Of a stretch of 64,000 nucleotides of DNA, positions 28,667-37,617 are shown one piece after another. Under the pieces are notes generated by a model that was given only the letters and a program-made list of their open reading frames with translations, was not told where the DNA came from and made no database searches. Origin of the DNA: Candidatus Lutacidiplasma silvani (GTDB taxonomy: Archaea; Thermoplasmatota; Thermoplasmata; Lutacidiplasmatales; UBA184); contig JAKIVZ010000003.1 of the NCBI GenBank assembly GCA_022750295.1, positions 51,616 to 115,615 on the forward strand. Direction: 5' to 3'. Each line of letters begins with the position of its first letter. Within the stretch, counting starts at the first letter, position 1. Made by a program: the position numbers and the translations under genes.

Positions 28667-28704
28667 GATTTGAACCGCCCGGCGGTTCAAATCCCTCTCC
28701 CCGC
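28667..28704 (+). repeat. att-like site 4 (distal end of array)
   Basis: GATTTGAACCGCC-C-GGCGGTTCAAATC (perfect 13-bp arms) followed by CCTCTCCCCGC. Confidence 0.9.
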
Positions 28705-29124
28705 GTGAACCTCGATTCTCCTGGTTTCTGAATGAGGGGGACTACATTCGAGGTCACGTTCGGTTCGGAGTGGGGTCGGGTCCCTGACGTAAGGATTTCC
28801 GAGCGCCTCCGTGAAGCGTCGTCGAGGATCCGGGACCTGCGGCCTCGCCGAACGGGTTCCCGCTCTTGGAAGGGAGTGCGATTCCTTGAGAATCTCAGCC
28901 GAGTGCTCCGCCATGCCGCCGGATTGCTCGAGGTCGACCCACGGGGGTCGGTCGAAATGACCTCCCCCGGCCGGATGGGCTGAGTTCGCGGGAGGTGACG
29001 TCGGCCGACGGTCAGGACCCGCGAGGGCGGTTCGGCGGAGTGCATTCAATTTGACGAAGGGCTTTACCCCCCGTCATGGTGCGACCCTTCGAGGGCCGCT
29101 CGGCGGCCCTCAGAAGGGAGAACC

Positions 29125-29868
29125 ATGGGATTTGTACCGTTCGTGGACGACTTGGGCCTCATTGTCGCATTGATTTTGGCGGCGGCCGCGGTGTTCACGT
29201 ACACCTCGCTCCGCGTGTTCCTGGCGATCTACCGGAACGATTCCAGGGGAGTACGGGCCATCTTGAAGGCATCGGCGATCCCGACCGGGATCCTGGGCGG
29301 CGTTTCGTTGCTCCTCGGACTCTTCATCGAGTTCACCTGGCCGTTCCTCCTCTCGGACGGACTCGGGGCCTACGACATTTTCTTCGGGGACGTCGTGATG
29401 CTGTTCGCGATGGTCCTGATCGTGTACGCGATCGTCGCGTACCTGGGACTCCGGCTCGAGTATGCGGGGCTCTTCGCCCTGGTCGCCGGGATCACGACGG
29501 CGTGGTACGGGTACTGGGGGTACACGACCCTGGTCAGCCCGGGAACGCTCGGCCTGACCAAGGACCCCCTGGAGACGTTCCTGCTCTACGGAGCGTTCGC
29601 GGCGGCCGGTTTCTTCGCCTTCCCGGCGACGTTGGCCGTCGACTGGTTCCTCGCGCACCCCGGCCCCCGCTGGACCCCGTTCAGTTTCGCGCTGCGGCCC
29701 GTCACGGAGGAGAGCGAAGTTCCGACCCCCGGCACCGGACCGTACCGGGTACCGGCCTCGTTCTACCTCGTGGCCGTGTGGTTCCCGATCTTCGTCTTCC
29801 TGGCGTTCGTAGCGGCGTGGTTCTACATGGGAGCGATCCTTCCGGCCCATCTCACCAGCCCGCCCTGA
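29125..29868 (+). CDS. DUF981 family membrane protein
   Basis: FVDDLGL, FTWPF....GAYDIFFGD, multiple TM helices, C-terminal PAHL. Confidence 0.7.
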   Translation: MGFVPFVDDLGLIVALILAAAAVFTYTSLRVFLAIYRNDSRGVRAILKASAIPTGILGGVSLLLGLFIEFTWPFLLSDGLGAYDIFFGDVVMLFAMVLIVYAIVAYLGLRLEYAGLFALVAGITTAWYGYWGYTTLVSPGTLGLTKDPLETFLLYGAFAAAGFFAFPATLAVDWFLAHPGPRWTPFSFALRPVTEESEVPTPGTGPYRVPASFYLVAVWFPIFVFLAFVAAWFYMGAILPAHLTSPP

Positions 29869-29988
29869 CGGGACGCGCGGAACGGCACGACGGGCCGGGA
29901 CCGTCCGGGGGAGGGACCCGGCCACGCGCCCGGGGGGAGACCCGGGGCCCGAGATTCGCCCGACCTCTCGGTCCCGGTCGGGGAGGGG

Positions 29989-31077
29989 CTAGTGTGCTGT
30001 ACCAGCCAGACCTAAGCTTATCCGGCTCCGGGTGACTTTGACGAGGATCTCGTCGGCGGTCGCCCGCCATTGGAACGGTCGAGGGACCTCGTTGTACCGC
30101 TCGATGTAGAGCTTCAACGTCTCGATCAGTTCCCGCTCGCTGTGGAACGTTCCTCGTCGGATCTGGCGGTGGGTCAGGTCGTGGAACCACCGCTCGACCT
30201 GGTTCAGCCACGACGACCCCGTCGGGACGAAATGGAAGTGGAAGCGGGGGTGACGCAGGACCCACCGTTTCACTTCCGGGGTCTTGTGCGTCGACAGATT
30301 GTCGAGCACGAGGTGGAGGTCGAGTTCGGGCGGAGTGTTCCGGTCGAGGGTCCGAAGGAAGGCGAGGAACTCCCTCACTCGATGCCGTTTGTGGCACTCG
30401 CCGATGATTCGCCCCTCGACGACGTCAAGGGCGGCGAACAGGTCGCTGGTGCCGTTCCGTCGATAGTCGTGGGTCTGCCGCTCGGGAACCCCGGGACGGA
30501 GGGAAAGGATCGCGGGAGTTCGGTCGAGCGCCTGGATCTGGGTCTTCTCGTCGACGCTGAGCACGAGCGCGTGCTCAGGGGGGTTGAGGTAGAGGCCCAC
30601 CACGTCGCGCAACTTCTCCTCGAACAGGTGGTCGGTGCTGAGCTTGTAGTGCTCGAGTCGATGCGGCTGAAGTCGACGGGCTTTCCAGATCCGGGCCACC
30701 GTGTCCGGGCTGACTCCGTGCCGGGCCGCCATCAGGCGAACCGACCACTGGGTGGCATTGTGCGGTTTGGTGCGGAGGGTGTCGTGAACGATGGCCCGGA
30801 TCTTCGAGTCGGGGAGGGTGGAGGGGCCCCCGGGTCGAGGGGCATCCTGCTCGATGCCGGCGAGGCGGAGACGACGGAATCGACCCCTCCAAAGGGCACT
30901 GGTGCTGCGTTGAGTGTTCAGCTCGGTCGCGATCTGCTTGTCCTGAAGTCCGTCGGCGGCGCGGAGGACAATCTTGGCCCGGAGGACGATGCGAAAGGGA
31001 GTGGATCGACCCCGGGCCCACGACTCCAGCTGGCGTCGTTCGTTGGGAGCGAGAGAGACCGGCGCGGCGACCCGCAC
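29989..31077 (-). CDS. IS630 transposase
   Basis: SVDEKTQIQALDR, HDYRRNGT, LVLDNLSTHK, SWLNQVERWF (DDE); stop codon lies in the target duplication; TTTTATA box about 25 nt upstream. Confidence 0.95.
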   Translation of the reverse strand: MRVAAPVSLAPNERRQLESWARGRSTPFRIVLRAKIVLRAADGLQDKQIATELNTQRSTSALWRGRFRRLRLAGIEQDAPRPGGPSTLPDSKIRAIVHDTLRTKPHNATQWSVRLMAARHGVSPDTVARIWKARRLQPHRLEHYKLSTDHLFEEKLRDVVGLYLNPPEHALVLSVDEKTQIQALDRTPAILSLRPGVPERQTHDYRRNGTSDLFAALDVVEGRIIGECHKRHRVREFLAFLRTLDRNTPPELDLHLVLDNLSTHKTPEVKRWVLRHPRFHFHFVPTGSSWLNQVERWFHDLTHRQIRRGTFHSERELIETLKLYIERYNEVPRPFQWRATADEILVKVTRSRISLGLAGTAH

Positions 31078-31134
31078 ATGGGCAGGAGGGGTGGCCCGGC
31101 TATAAAACTACCTATTCATCGGACAGCACACTAG
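29989..31134 (-). mobile_element. IS630 family insertion sequence, apparently intact
   Basis: Terminal inverted repeats CTAGTGTGCTGT(A/C)C at both ends with CTAG/TA target duplication (29989-29992, 31131-31134). Confidence 0.93.
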
Positions 31135-31281
31135 TGTCCACCACCGACCGCCGCGTCCCGGAGGATCACCGACGCGGGCCGAAGGGGTCCCGTGCGCGCT
31201 CTCCCGGAACGACGGCGGAAAGCGAATGCGGACTCGAGTGCGGCTGAAGACTCTAATCCTGAACCGGGGTACCCTCCGACG

Positions 31282-31749
31282 GTGCCGATCTCGTTCGTTT
31301 CCAAGCTCCTTCGGCCCGACGTGGTCGGCGCGTGGACGTTCGCGCCCATCCCGAACGCGGCGGCGGCGAGCGGTGGATTCCGGGCTCGCCTCCGGGTGAA
31401 GGGAACGATCGAAGGGATCCCGTTCCGGAGTTCGCTCATCCCCCGCGGAGGGGGCGAACTGTTCGTGGTCGTCAATTCCGAGGTGCGAGATCGAATCGGA
31501 AAGTCGGACGGAGCGACCGTCCGTCTGGAGCTCGAGCTCGATTCGACCCCGGTCGTGGTCGACGTACCCCCGTCCCTTCGGCGTGCCCTCCAGCGCGACC
31601 CTCCGGCCCGGGCGATCTTCGCGAAGTTCACGGCGTCCCAACAATCCGCCTATGCGCGGTGGGTCGCCGGCGCCAAGCAGGACGCCACCCGCGAGCGACG
31701 CGTCGCGGCGGCGCTCGAAAAGATTCGCCGGGGAGAGAAGCTGAACTGA
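31282..31749 (+). CDS. DUF1905 / YdeI-OmpD-associated (OmdA) family protein
   Basis: GAWTF, VKGTIEGIPFRSSLIP, VPPSLRRAL, WVAGAKQDATRERRV; start uncertain (ORF opens at 31192). Confidence 0.82.
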   Translation: MPISFVSKLLRPDVVGAWTFAPIPNAAAASGGFRARLRVKGTIEGIPFRSSLIPRGGGELFVVVNSEVRDRIGKSDGATVRLELELDSTPVVVDVPPSLRRALQRDPPARAIFAKFTASQQSAYARWVAGAKQDATRERRVAAALEKIRRGEKLN

Positions 31750-31828
31750 GCGCGCCGCAGCGAACCGGTCGTCGGCCAATCCCCCGGGAGGGGCCGGACC
31801 CAACGACGACCCCCAACGGGTCGGGTCG

Positions 31829-32311
31829 CTACGGCGCGGCTCCCGACATCGTCGCTGTGGCCTCGGTCCCATGGTGGGAGGTAGGGCCCCGGAGGAGGAA
31901 CGCCCCGAGCAGGACTCCGAGGAACCCGACCGCCATCACGAACGACGCATCCGGAGCTTGACCGTCGAACGCGAACGTCCACCCGGCCCCGGTCGCCACG
32001 ATCGCCGACACGAGCGCCACGCCGGCGGCCACGAGAGGCCCGCGCTCCGACTCCCGGCGGGCGAGGACGAGGGCCCGTGCCGAGATCCCGATGAGGGCCA
32101 ACGCGAGGAGGATGTGAAGGTCGAGAACCGGGGTGGAGACGAGGATCGCGACGACCCCGGCCCCCATCGGCAGGCTCACGAATAGGGCGAGGGCCATCCC
32201 GAGGAGGAACTCGAGTGCGAGCAGGGCGAACATCCCGACCGCCAGTCGGTCGAGCGTCATCCCACCCCGGCCAATCCTGGCCGTCGGGCCCCCCCTCGCG
32301 CCGGCGGTCAT
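31829..32311 (-). CDS. Small 4-TM membrane protein
   Basis: Four hydrophobic helices; ATGA overlap with the SDR gene. Confidence 0.65.
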   Translation of the reverse strand: MTAGARGGPTARIGRGGMTLDRLAVGMFALLALEFLLGMALALFVSLPMGAGVVAILVSTPVLDLHILLALALIGISARALVLARRESERGPLVAAGVALVSAIVATGAGWTFAFDGQAPDASFVMAVGFLGVLLGAFLLRGPTSHHGTEATATMSGAAP

Positions 32312-33099
32312 GCCCACCCCGCCAACCGGCCGCCGTCGATGGGAAGCGTCGCTCCCGTGACGAATCCGGACGAATCCGAACACAGCCAGGCGACCGCCTC
32401 GCCCACCTCGGTTCCCGTCCCGAGCCGCCGGGCCGGGACCGCTTGCCGGGTCCGTTCCCGATACTCCTCGGGGAGGTCTCGAAGTCGGTGCGAATCGATC
32501 GGACCGGGTGCGACCGCGTTGACGCGGACATTTCGCGTCGCGTAGTCGAGGGCCGCCGCCTTCGTCAAGCCGAGGATCGCGTGCTTCGCCGCCACGTACG
32601 GGCCACCCCCCCGGAAGGCGGAGAGGCCCGCGGTTGACGACATGTTCACGATCGCCCCGCCACCGGACTCGAGCATGAGGGGGATCTCCTGCTTCATCGC
32701 GAGGAACGTGCCCCGGACCGAGACCTGAAACACCCGGTCAAAGGCGTCGGTCGGGACGTCGGCCAGGTCGGTCGGGGGGAACCCCTCGCCCGAGTTGTTG
32801 AACGCCAGGTCCAGACGACCGAACCGGGACCGGATCTCCCGAGCCACGGCGGTGACGGCCGCCTCGTCAGTGAGGTCGAGCGGGAGGACGGCCGTCTCGC
32901 CGCCGGCGTCGCGGATCTCGCCGCCCACCGATTCGAGCCCGGCGACGTCCCGGGAGGAGAGGACGACCTGGGCCCCGCGCCGGGCGAACACCCTCGCGGT
33001 ATCGGCCCCGATCCCCTTGCTCGCTCCGATCACCCAGGCGACCTTGCCCCGGAACTCGCTCCGGCCCTCGGACGGGCGGACGGAACTTTCGCGCGTCAT
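32308..33099 (-). CDS. Short-chain dehydrogenase/reductase
   Basis: GASKGIG, NNSG, IVNMSS, YVAAK, VNAVAPG, DGG. Confidence 0.93.
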   Translation of the reverse strand: MTRESSVRPSEGRSEFRGKVAWVIGASKGIGADTARVFARRGAQVVLSSRDVAGLESVGGEIRDAGGETAVLPLDLTDEAAVTAVAREIRSRFGRLDLAFNNSGEGFPPTDLADVPTDAFDRVFQVSVRGTFLAMKQEIPLMLESGGGAIVNMSSTAGLSAFRGGGPYVAAKHAILGLTKAAALDYATRNVRVNAVAPGPIDSHRLRDLPEEYRERTRQAVPARRLGTGTEVGEAVAWLCSDSSGFVTGATLPIDGGRLAGWA

Positions 33100-33109
33100 T
33101 AATATTGGA

Positions 33110-33124
33110 TAGACTGTAAGTCTA
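33110..33124. promoter_or_regulatory. Candidate TetR operator between divergent SDR and TetR genes
   Basis: TAGACT-GTA-AGTCTA palindrome in an AT-rich intergenic region. Confidence 0.55.
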
Positions 33125-33173
33125 AATAAGTCTGACGGGTTCCCTCATATCGCCCGCCGGTTCGGAGGTTCGG

Positions 33174-33854
33174 ATGTCCCCTCGGAAGTACGACCTCGGA
33201 CGCCGCCGGGACAGTTCCGACGCCACCCGCGAGAAAATCCTGGAAGCCACCCGGGCGCTGTTCGGCGGGAGGGGCGACCTCGACGGCTTCTCAATGGAGG
33301 CCGTCGCGGCCAAGGCCGGGGTGGCCCGGATGACGGTGTACAACCAGTTCCATTCCCAGGGACTCCTCCTCGAGGCGCTCGCCGACCACCTCGCCACCCG
33401 GGCCGGGATGCCGAGGATCGCCGAGGCGTTCCAGGAGCCGCGGCCGGACGAAGCGCTCCGCAAGTTCGTCGCGACGTTTGTCACGCTCTGGGCGTCCGAC
33501 CGCGTGGTCCTCCGGCGGCTACGGGCCATGGGAGTCCTGGTCCCGAGCCTCTACCGGAAGGTCCGGGATCGCGACGAATGGCGGCGAGAGGCGGCCCGCA
33601 ATCTCGTGGCGAGGATCGGGATTCCAGCCGCCGCCGAGCGCGCGAGCGATCCGAACTGGCCGGTCGACCTTCTCACGTCGGCCACCAGCTTCGAGACGTT
33701 CGATGCCCTGTGCGACGATCGGCGACCCGCCCCGGTCGTCGCCCACCTCCTCTCGGAGGAGATCGTCCGGCGGTGGGGTCTCGCTCCCCCCGATCGGCGG
33801 GCGCGCGGTCTGGATCCCTCGCGGACGAGCCGGTCTCGCCGCCGACCTGGGTAG
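33174..33854 (+). CDS. TetR/AcrR family regulator
   Basis: TREKILEA...FSMEAVAAKAGVARMTVYNQF. Confidence 0.9.
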   Translation: MSPRKYDLGRRRDSSDATREKILEATRALFGGRGDLDGFSMEAVAAKAGVARMTVYNQFHSQGLLLEALADHLATRAGMPRIAEAFQEPRPDEALRKFVATFVTLWASDRVVLRRLRAMGVLVPSLYRKVRDRDEWRREAARNLVARIGIPAAAERASDPNWPVDLLTSATSFETFDALCDDRRPAPVVAHLLSEEIVRRWGLAPPDRRARGLDPSRTSRSRRRPG

Positions 33855-33960
33855 GCGCGAATCCAAATTCTCTTCGCGCTCGTCGAGCGAGATCGCGCGC
33901 GAGGATCGACCCGGCGACGGCGGTCCAGGAAGGGGTTGGCCCATCCGAGTCCCGAGGCCG

Positions 33961-34392
33961 CTACTTCTTGCCGGCCATCTCCTGGATGGCCGAGTTGTCC
34001 GACTCGAACGCCTCTTGGAGGAACTTCAGCACCGTCTGGTGGAGCTGCGCCTCGGGGATCATCTTCGAGGTGAACTCCCCGACGATGGTGACCTCGGTCT
34101 TGTTGCCCTTCGGCGTGTAATAGTTGAAGAATTTCGACCCGGCGAGCGGACCGTCCAAGACCTCGATCGCCATCCCGGTCGGCGGCAGGGTCGTCATCCG
34201 GTTGGAGATCTTCACCCATGTTCCCTCGATCTCCTGCTCCCACGACACCTGGAACTGGTTCTCCGAGATCGGCTTCATCTCGGAGTTCCGGTGCTTGTGG
34301 GCGCGGTTGTGGTCGTCCGGCGATTGGTTGTACTTCCAGACCACGTCGAGCGGCGCGTCGAAGTGGCTCCCTTCGTCCTTGATGTGGACCAT
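33961..34392 (-). CDS. Hypothetical SRPBCC/START-like protein (paralogue of 4999-5430)
   Basis: FDAPLDVVWKY, LDGPLAGSKF; TTTATA box upstream. Confidence 0.72.
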   Translation of the reverse strand: MVHIKDEGSHFDAPLDVVWKYNQSPDDHNRAHKHRNSEMKPISENQFQVSWEQEIEGTWVKISNRMTTLPPTGMAIEVLDGPLAGSKFFNYYTPKGNKTEVTIVGEFTSKMIPEAQLHQTVLKFLQEAFESDNSAIQEMAGKK

Positions 34393-34607
34393 GGAATGTG
34401 GGACGGTTTCACACTATAAACAACTTGGCGGGATCCCCTTCGAACGTCGACGGAAACTCCGAGCCGCCCGTGGGGAACCGGCGCCGTCCGGACGGGTCGT
34501 CGGGCCCGGACTCCGGTCAAACTCCGGCGGAATTCGGGTCGAATTGGGGCGGGAATCGGACGGGACCTCGGCGTAGCGGTATGGCCCATCCGTCGGGTGG
34601 GCGACCG

Positions 34608-35759
34608 ATGAAGCGACCGAGCGCCCTCTGGTGGATCCCGGTGGCAGCCGCCCTGCTGCTGCTGGTCCCCCTCGCCGCGTCCGCCCAAACGACGACCTCG
34701 CCTCCCATCTCGGCGTCCCCCCTCGGCGCCGGCGGTTCGGTGTTCGTGATGTCGAACGCCGTCGCCGGCAACGTCGTGATCGCCTACCACATCGGACCCG
34801 GCGGCGCCCTCGTCCCGGCGGGCCACTTCGCGACCCGCGGCACCGGCACCGGCGCGAGCCTCGCCGATGCGAACTCCGTCGTCCTCGCGAAGGACCACCG
34901 GTTCCTCCTCGTGGTCAACGCCGGGAGCAACACGGTCACCGTCTTCCGCGTCCACGCGCCGGGATCGGGGAGCCCGCTCCTGACGTTCGTCGACCGGGCG
35001 AGCTCCCGCGGGGTCTCCCCCGTCAGCCTCGCGGTCCACGGGTCCGTCGTGTACGTCCTGAACGCCGGCAACGCGACCGTCGCCGGCAACGTCGCCGGCT
35101 TCCTCCTGGCCGACCACGGGCTGCTGCTCGCCCTCCCGCATTCGGTCGAGCCGCTCAGCACGCGAGCTCCGACCGGCCCGGCCCAGGTGGGGTTCAACCC
35201 CGCCGGCACCGTCCTCGTCGTCACCGAGAAGAACACGAACGAGATCGACACCTACGCCGTCAACGGCTGGGGGATCGCCCAGTCCCCGACGTTCACGACG
35301 TCGAACGGCACCACCCCCTACGGGTTCGCCTTCGACCCGAACGGCGCGCTCCTCGTCAGCGACGCGGCGTCCGACGCCCTCTCCTCCTACACCGTCGCGA
35401 GCTCGGGGGCCCTCACTCTGGTGAGCGGTTCGGTGGCGGACGGCCAGACGGCGCCGTGCTGGGTCGCGGTGACCCCGAACGGGACGATCGCGTACACGTC
35501 CGACGCCCACAGCAACAACCTCTCGTCGTACGCCGTCGGCCCGGGAGGCGCGCTCACCCTGATCGCCTCGTCCGCGGCCACGACGGGCGCGGCCGACACC
35601 GACCTCGCGATCGCCGGCAGCCACGGACAGTACCTGTTCGTGACCGACGCGGGCGCCGCCGAGGTCCAGGAGTTCCACATCGGGTCGGCGGGGGGCCTCA
35701 CCCTGCTCGAGACGGTTTCGGCGCTGCCGAGCACCGTGGAGGGGATGGCGGCGTTCTGA
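34608..35759 (+). CDS. Secreted lactonase-family 7-bladed beta-propeller protein
   Basis: Signal peptide; VVNAGSNTVTVF, VYVLNAG, PAQVGFNPAG, TPYGFAF, APCWVAVTP; start could be 34581. Confidence 0.82.
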   Translation: MKRPSALWWIPVAAALLLLVPLAASAQTTTSPPISASPLGAGGSVFVMSNAVAGNVVIAYHIGPGGALVPAGHFATRGTGTGASLADANSVVLAKDHRFLLVVNAGSNTVTVFRVHAPGSGSPLLTFVDRASSRGVSPVSLAVHGSVVYVLNAGNATVAGNVAGFLLADHGLLLALPHSVEPLSTRAPTGPAQVGFNPAGTVLVVTEKNTNEIDTYAVNGWGIAQSPTFTTSNGTTPYGFAFDPNGALLVSDAASDALSSYTVASSGALTLVSGSVADGQTAPCWVAVTPNGTIAYTSDAHSNNLSSYAVGPGGALTLIASSAATTGAADTDLAIAGSHGQYLFVTDAGAAEVQEFHIGSAGGLTLLETVSALPSTVEGMAAF

Positions 35760-35832
35760 GGTCGACGGCCCACCCCGCCGCGACGGAGGGGAGTTCCCTG
35801 ATAAGGAGCGGGCCGCTCGGCCGGGACGCGCC

Positions 35833-36192
35833 ATGAGTCCCGGCTTCCGCTCCCTGATGTGGTACGTCCTCTTCGGCACCCGCGGCGGGCCGAACCGCCG
35901 CCGGATCCTCGACGAACTCCTTCGCTCCCCCGCCAACGCCCACCAGTTGGCGGGGGCGCTCTCCCTCGACTACCGGACCGTCCGGCACCACCTTCGGCTC
36001 CTCGAACAGAGCGGCGCCGTGGTCCGCCCGGTCGGGGACGCGTACGCGACGCCGTACGAGATCGCCGACTCCGCGGCCGCGTACCTCGAGACCCTGGACG
36101 GATCGCCGGCGTCGGCGAATCCCCGCCCCGGTCCCGTGGTCGCTCGTCCCTCCGCGCGCCCCGACGCAACGGCGACGGGAGGCCGGCGATGA
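35833..36192 (+). CDS. ArsR-like winged-helix regulator (archaeal)
   Basis: LMWYVLFGTRGGPNRRRIL...NAHQLA..L.LDYRTVRHHL. Confidence 0.85.
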   Translation: MSPGFRSLMWYVLFGTRGGPNRRRILDELLRSPANAHQLAGALSLDYRTVRHHLRLLEQSGAVVRPVGDAYATPYEIADSAAAYLETLDGSPASANPRPGPVVARPSARPDATATGGRR

Positions 36193-36476
36193 GCGACCTC
36201 CTGATGGAGGCGAGCGTCGCCCTCGGGCTCGTCAGCATCGTCCTCGCCGGCGGCCTCTTCCTGCTCTACCGCCGGATCTACGCGCAGACCCAGACCGGGT
36301 TCGGCCTCGCCCTCCTCGTCTTCGCCGGGGCGTTCGTCGTCCAGAGCGCGCTCACCGTCTACTCGTACCTCGCCGCGATGCCGATCATTCCGGATTCGTT
36401 CGCGCCGTTCCTGTTCGGGATCGGGCTCTGCGAGGCGACCGGCCTGGCGGCGGTCGTCTGGACCGCGTCCCGGTAG
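36189..36476 (+). CDS. Small 3-TM membrane protein coupled to the wHTH regulator
   Basis: ATGA overlap; three hydrophobic helices. Confidence 0.7.
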   Translation: MSDLLMEASVALGLVSIVLAGGLFLLYRRIYAQTQTGFGLALLVFAGAFVVQSALTVYSYLAAMPIIPDSFAPFLFGIGLCEATGLAAVVWTASR

Positions 36477-36518
36477 GCTCTGCTGCCGCGGGGAGGCGGA
36501 CGGGCGACCGCGCCCGGT

Positions 36519-37607
36519 TCACCCCGAGGGAGGTTCGCGGAGTCCGGCGGCGATCCCGCGGGCCAGGACCAGAGTGAGGGGACCCCATCGGAGGTCCCGC
36601 CGCAGAACGAACGCGACCTGCTGGGCGAGGAGGAACCCCATCGCGTGGCGAAGCGCCGTGAACCGGGTCGCGACCGAGTCCCCGTGGAGACGGCGCTCGT
36701 ACACGAACCAGTCGTGGACCTCGAAGAACAACCGCTCGGCATCGACCGAGTGCTCGGCCCAGAACGCCCGGGTCCCCGGGGGGTCGACGTCGTGGCGGAT
36801 GAACGCCGAGGTATCCGCCCAGACGGCCCAGCCGGCCCGTTTGAGCCGTTGGCAAAAGTCGCCCGAGCTCCCGATCGGCAGGCGGGGGTCGAACCCGCCG
36901 ACCTCCCTCGCCGCCTCGGTCCGAACGAGCGAGGCGTTCGGGAGCGCATCGGTCGGCAGGAGCCGGTTCTCGAGCTCCGCCGAGCGGAGGCGGTTCCGCC
37001 CGAGGAGGTCGTACCCCCACCGACCGGGAAGGAACGGGGTCGCGTACACCCAGACGAGGTCGGGAGACCGGTGATAGAGGACGGCGACTTGCAGGGCCCC
37101 GACGCGGGCGTCCGAGCGGATCCGGCCGAGCGGCTCCGCGATCGTGGACGGGTCGACGAGGTTGTCGTCGTCGATGAAGTACACGAACTCGGTCTCGACC
37201 CGGGCGAGGCCGGCGTTCTTGGCCTCGGAGATGAAGACCCGGCGGGGGAGTTTCCAATGGTCGATCGAAAGGGCCGGAAACTCGGCCGCGAAATCCGGCG
37301 GGGCGCCGGAGTCGTCAACGATCACGATCCGGCGCGGTCGGGGGCACCCGTCCCGTAGGAACGAACCGAGGAGGGCCCGGACCCGCTCGGGGCGGTCGTG
37401 GGTGACCGTGAGGACGGTCAGGTCGTCGGCGGTCTCGACCGTCGCTGCTCCCCGGGGTCGGCGGACGTCGTTCCGGAGCGGCCCCGCACCTTCGAGTCGA
37501 TCCCCCGACACCGCGCCTTCCGGCCCACGTCGTGGGGAACACCCCCCTCCTTTTGGAGGCGCGGGGCCGCGCGAGCGGCCCCGCGTGAGGTCGGCCGCGG
37601 ACCCCAT
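36519..37607 (-). CDS. Glycosyltransferase family 2 (true start probably downstream of 37607)
   Basis: VLTVTHDR, IVIVDDS, AKNAGL, VYFIDDDN (DxD), VGGFD, DFCQRL. Confidence 0.85.
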   Translation of the reverse strand: MGSAADLTRGRSRGPAPPKGGGCSPRRGPEGAVSGDRLEGAGPLRNDVRRPRGAATVETADDLTVLTVTHDRPERVRALLGSFLRDGCPRPRRIVIVDDSGAPPDFAAEFPALSIDHWKLPRRVFISEAKNAGLARVETEFVYFIDDDNLVDPSTIAEPLGRIRSDARVGALQVAVLYHRSPDLVWVYATPFLPGRWGYDLLGRNRLRSAELENRLLPTDALPNASLVRTEAAREVGGFDPRLPIGSSGDFCQRLKRAGWAVWADTSAFIRHDVDPPGTRAFWAEHSVDAERLFFEVHDWFVYERRLHGDSVATRFTALRHAMGFLLAQQVAFVLRRDLRWGPLTLVLARGIAAGLREPPSG

Positions 37608-37617
37608 CAGGGATTAG

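Larger units (their letters stand above)
21811..28704 (+). mobile_element. Tandem array of tRNA-Leu-integrated, integrase-less gene cassettes
   Basis: tRNA 3' end repeated at 26036, 26753 and 28684, each preceded by an inverted copy; visibly lower GC; TA modules; all cargo genes on + strand. Confidence 0.75.

Noticed and set aside
21811-28704. Repeats as a CRISPR array
   Set aside because: Spacing is 0.7-4.2 kb with whole genes in between, the repeat is the tRNA 3' end, and no cas genes are present.
21846-28704. A single provirus or integrated plasmid
   Set aside because: No integrase, replication, capsid or packaging genes are recognisable, and internal att copies argue for several small units.
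28705-29100. Short ORFs after the last att site
   Set aside because: No recognisable motifs or consistent coding signal.
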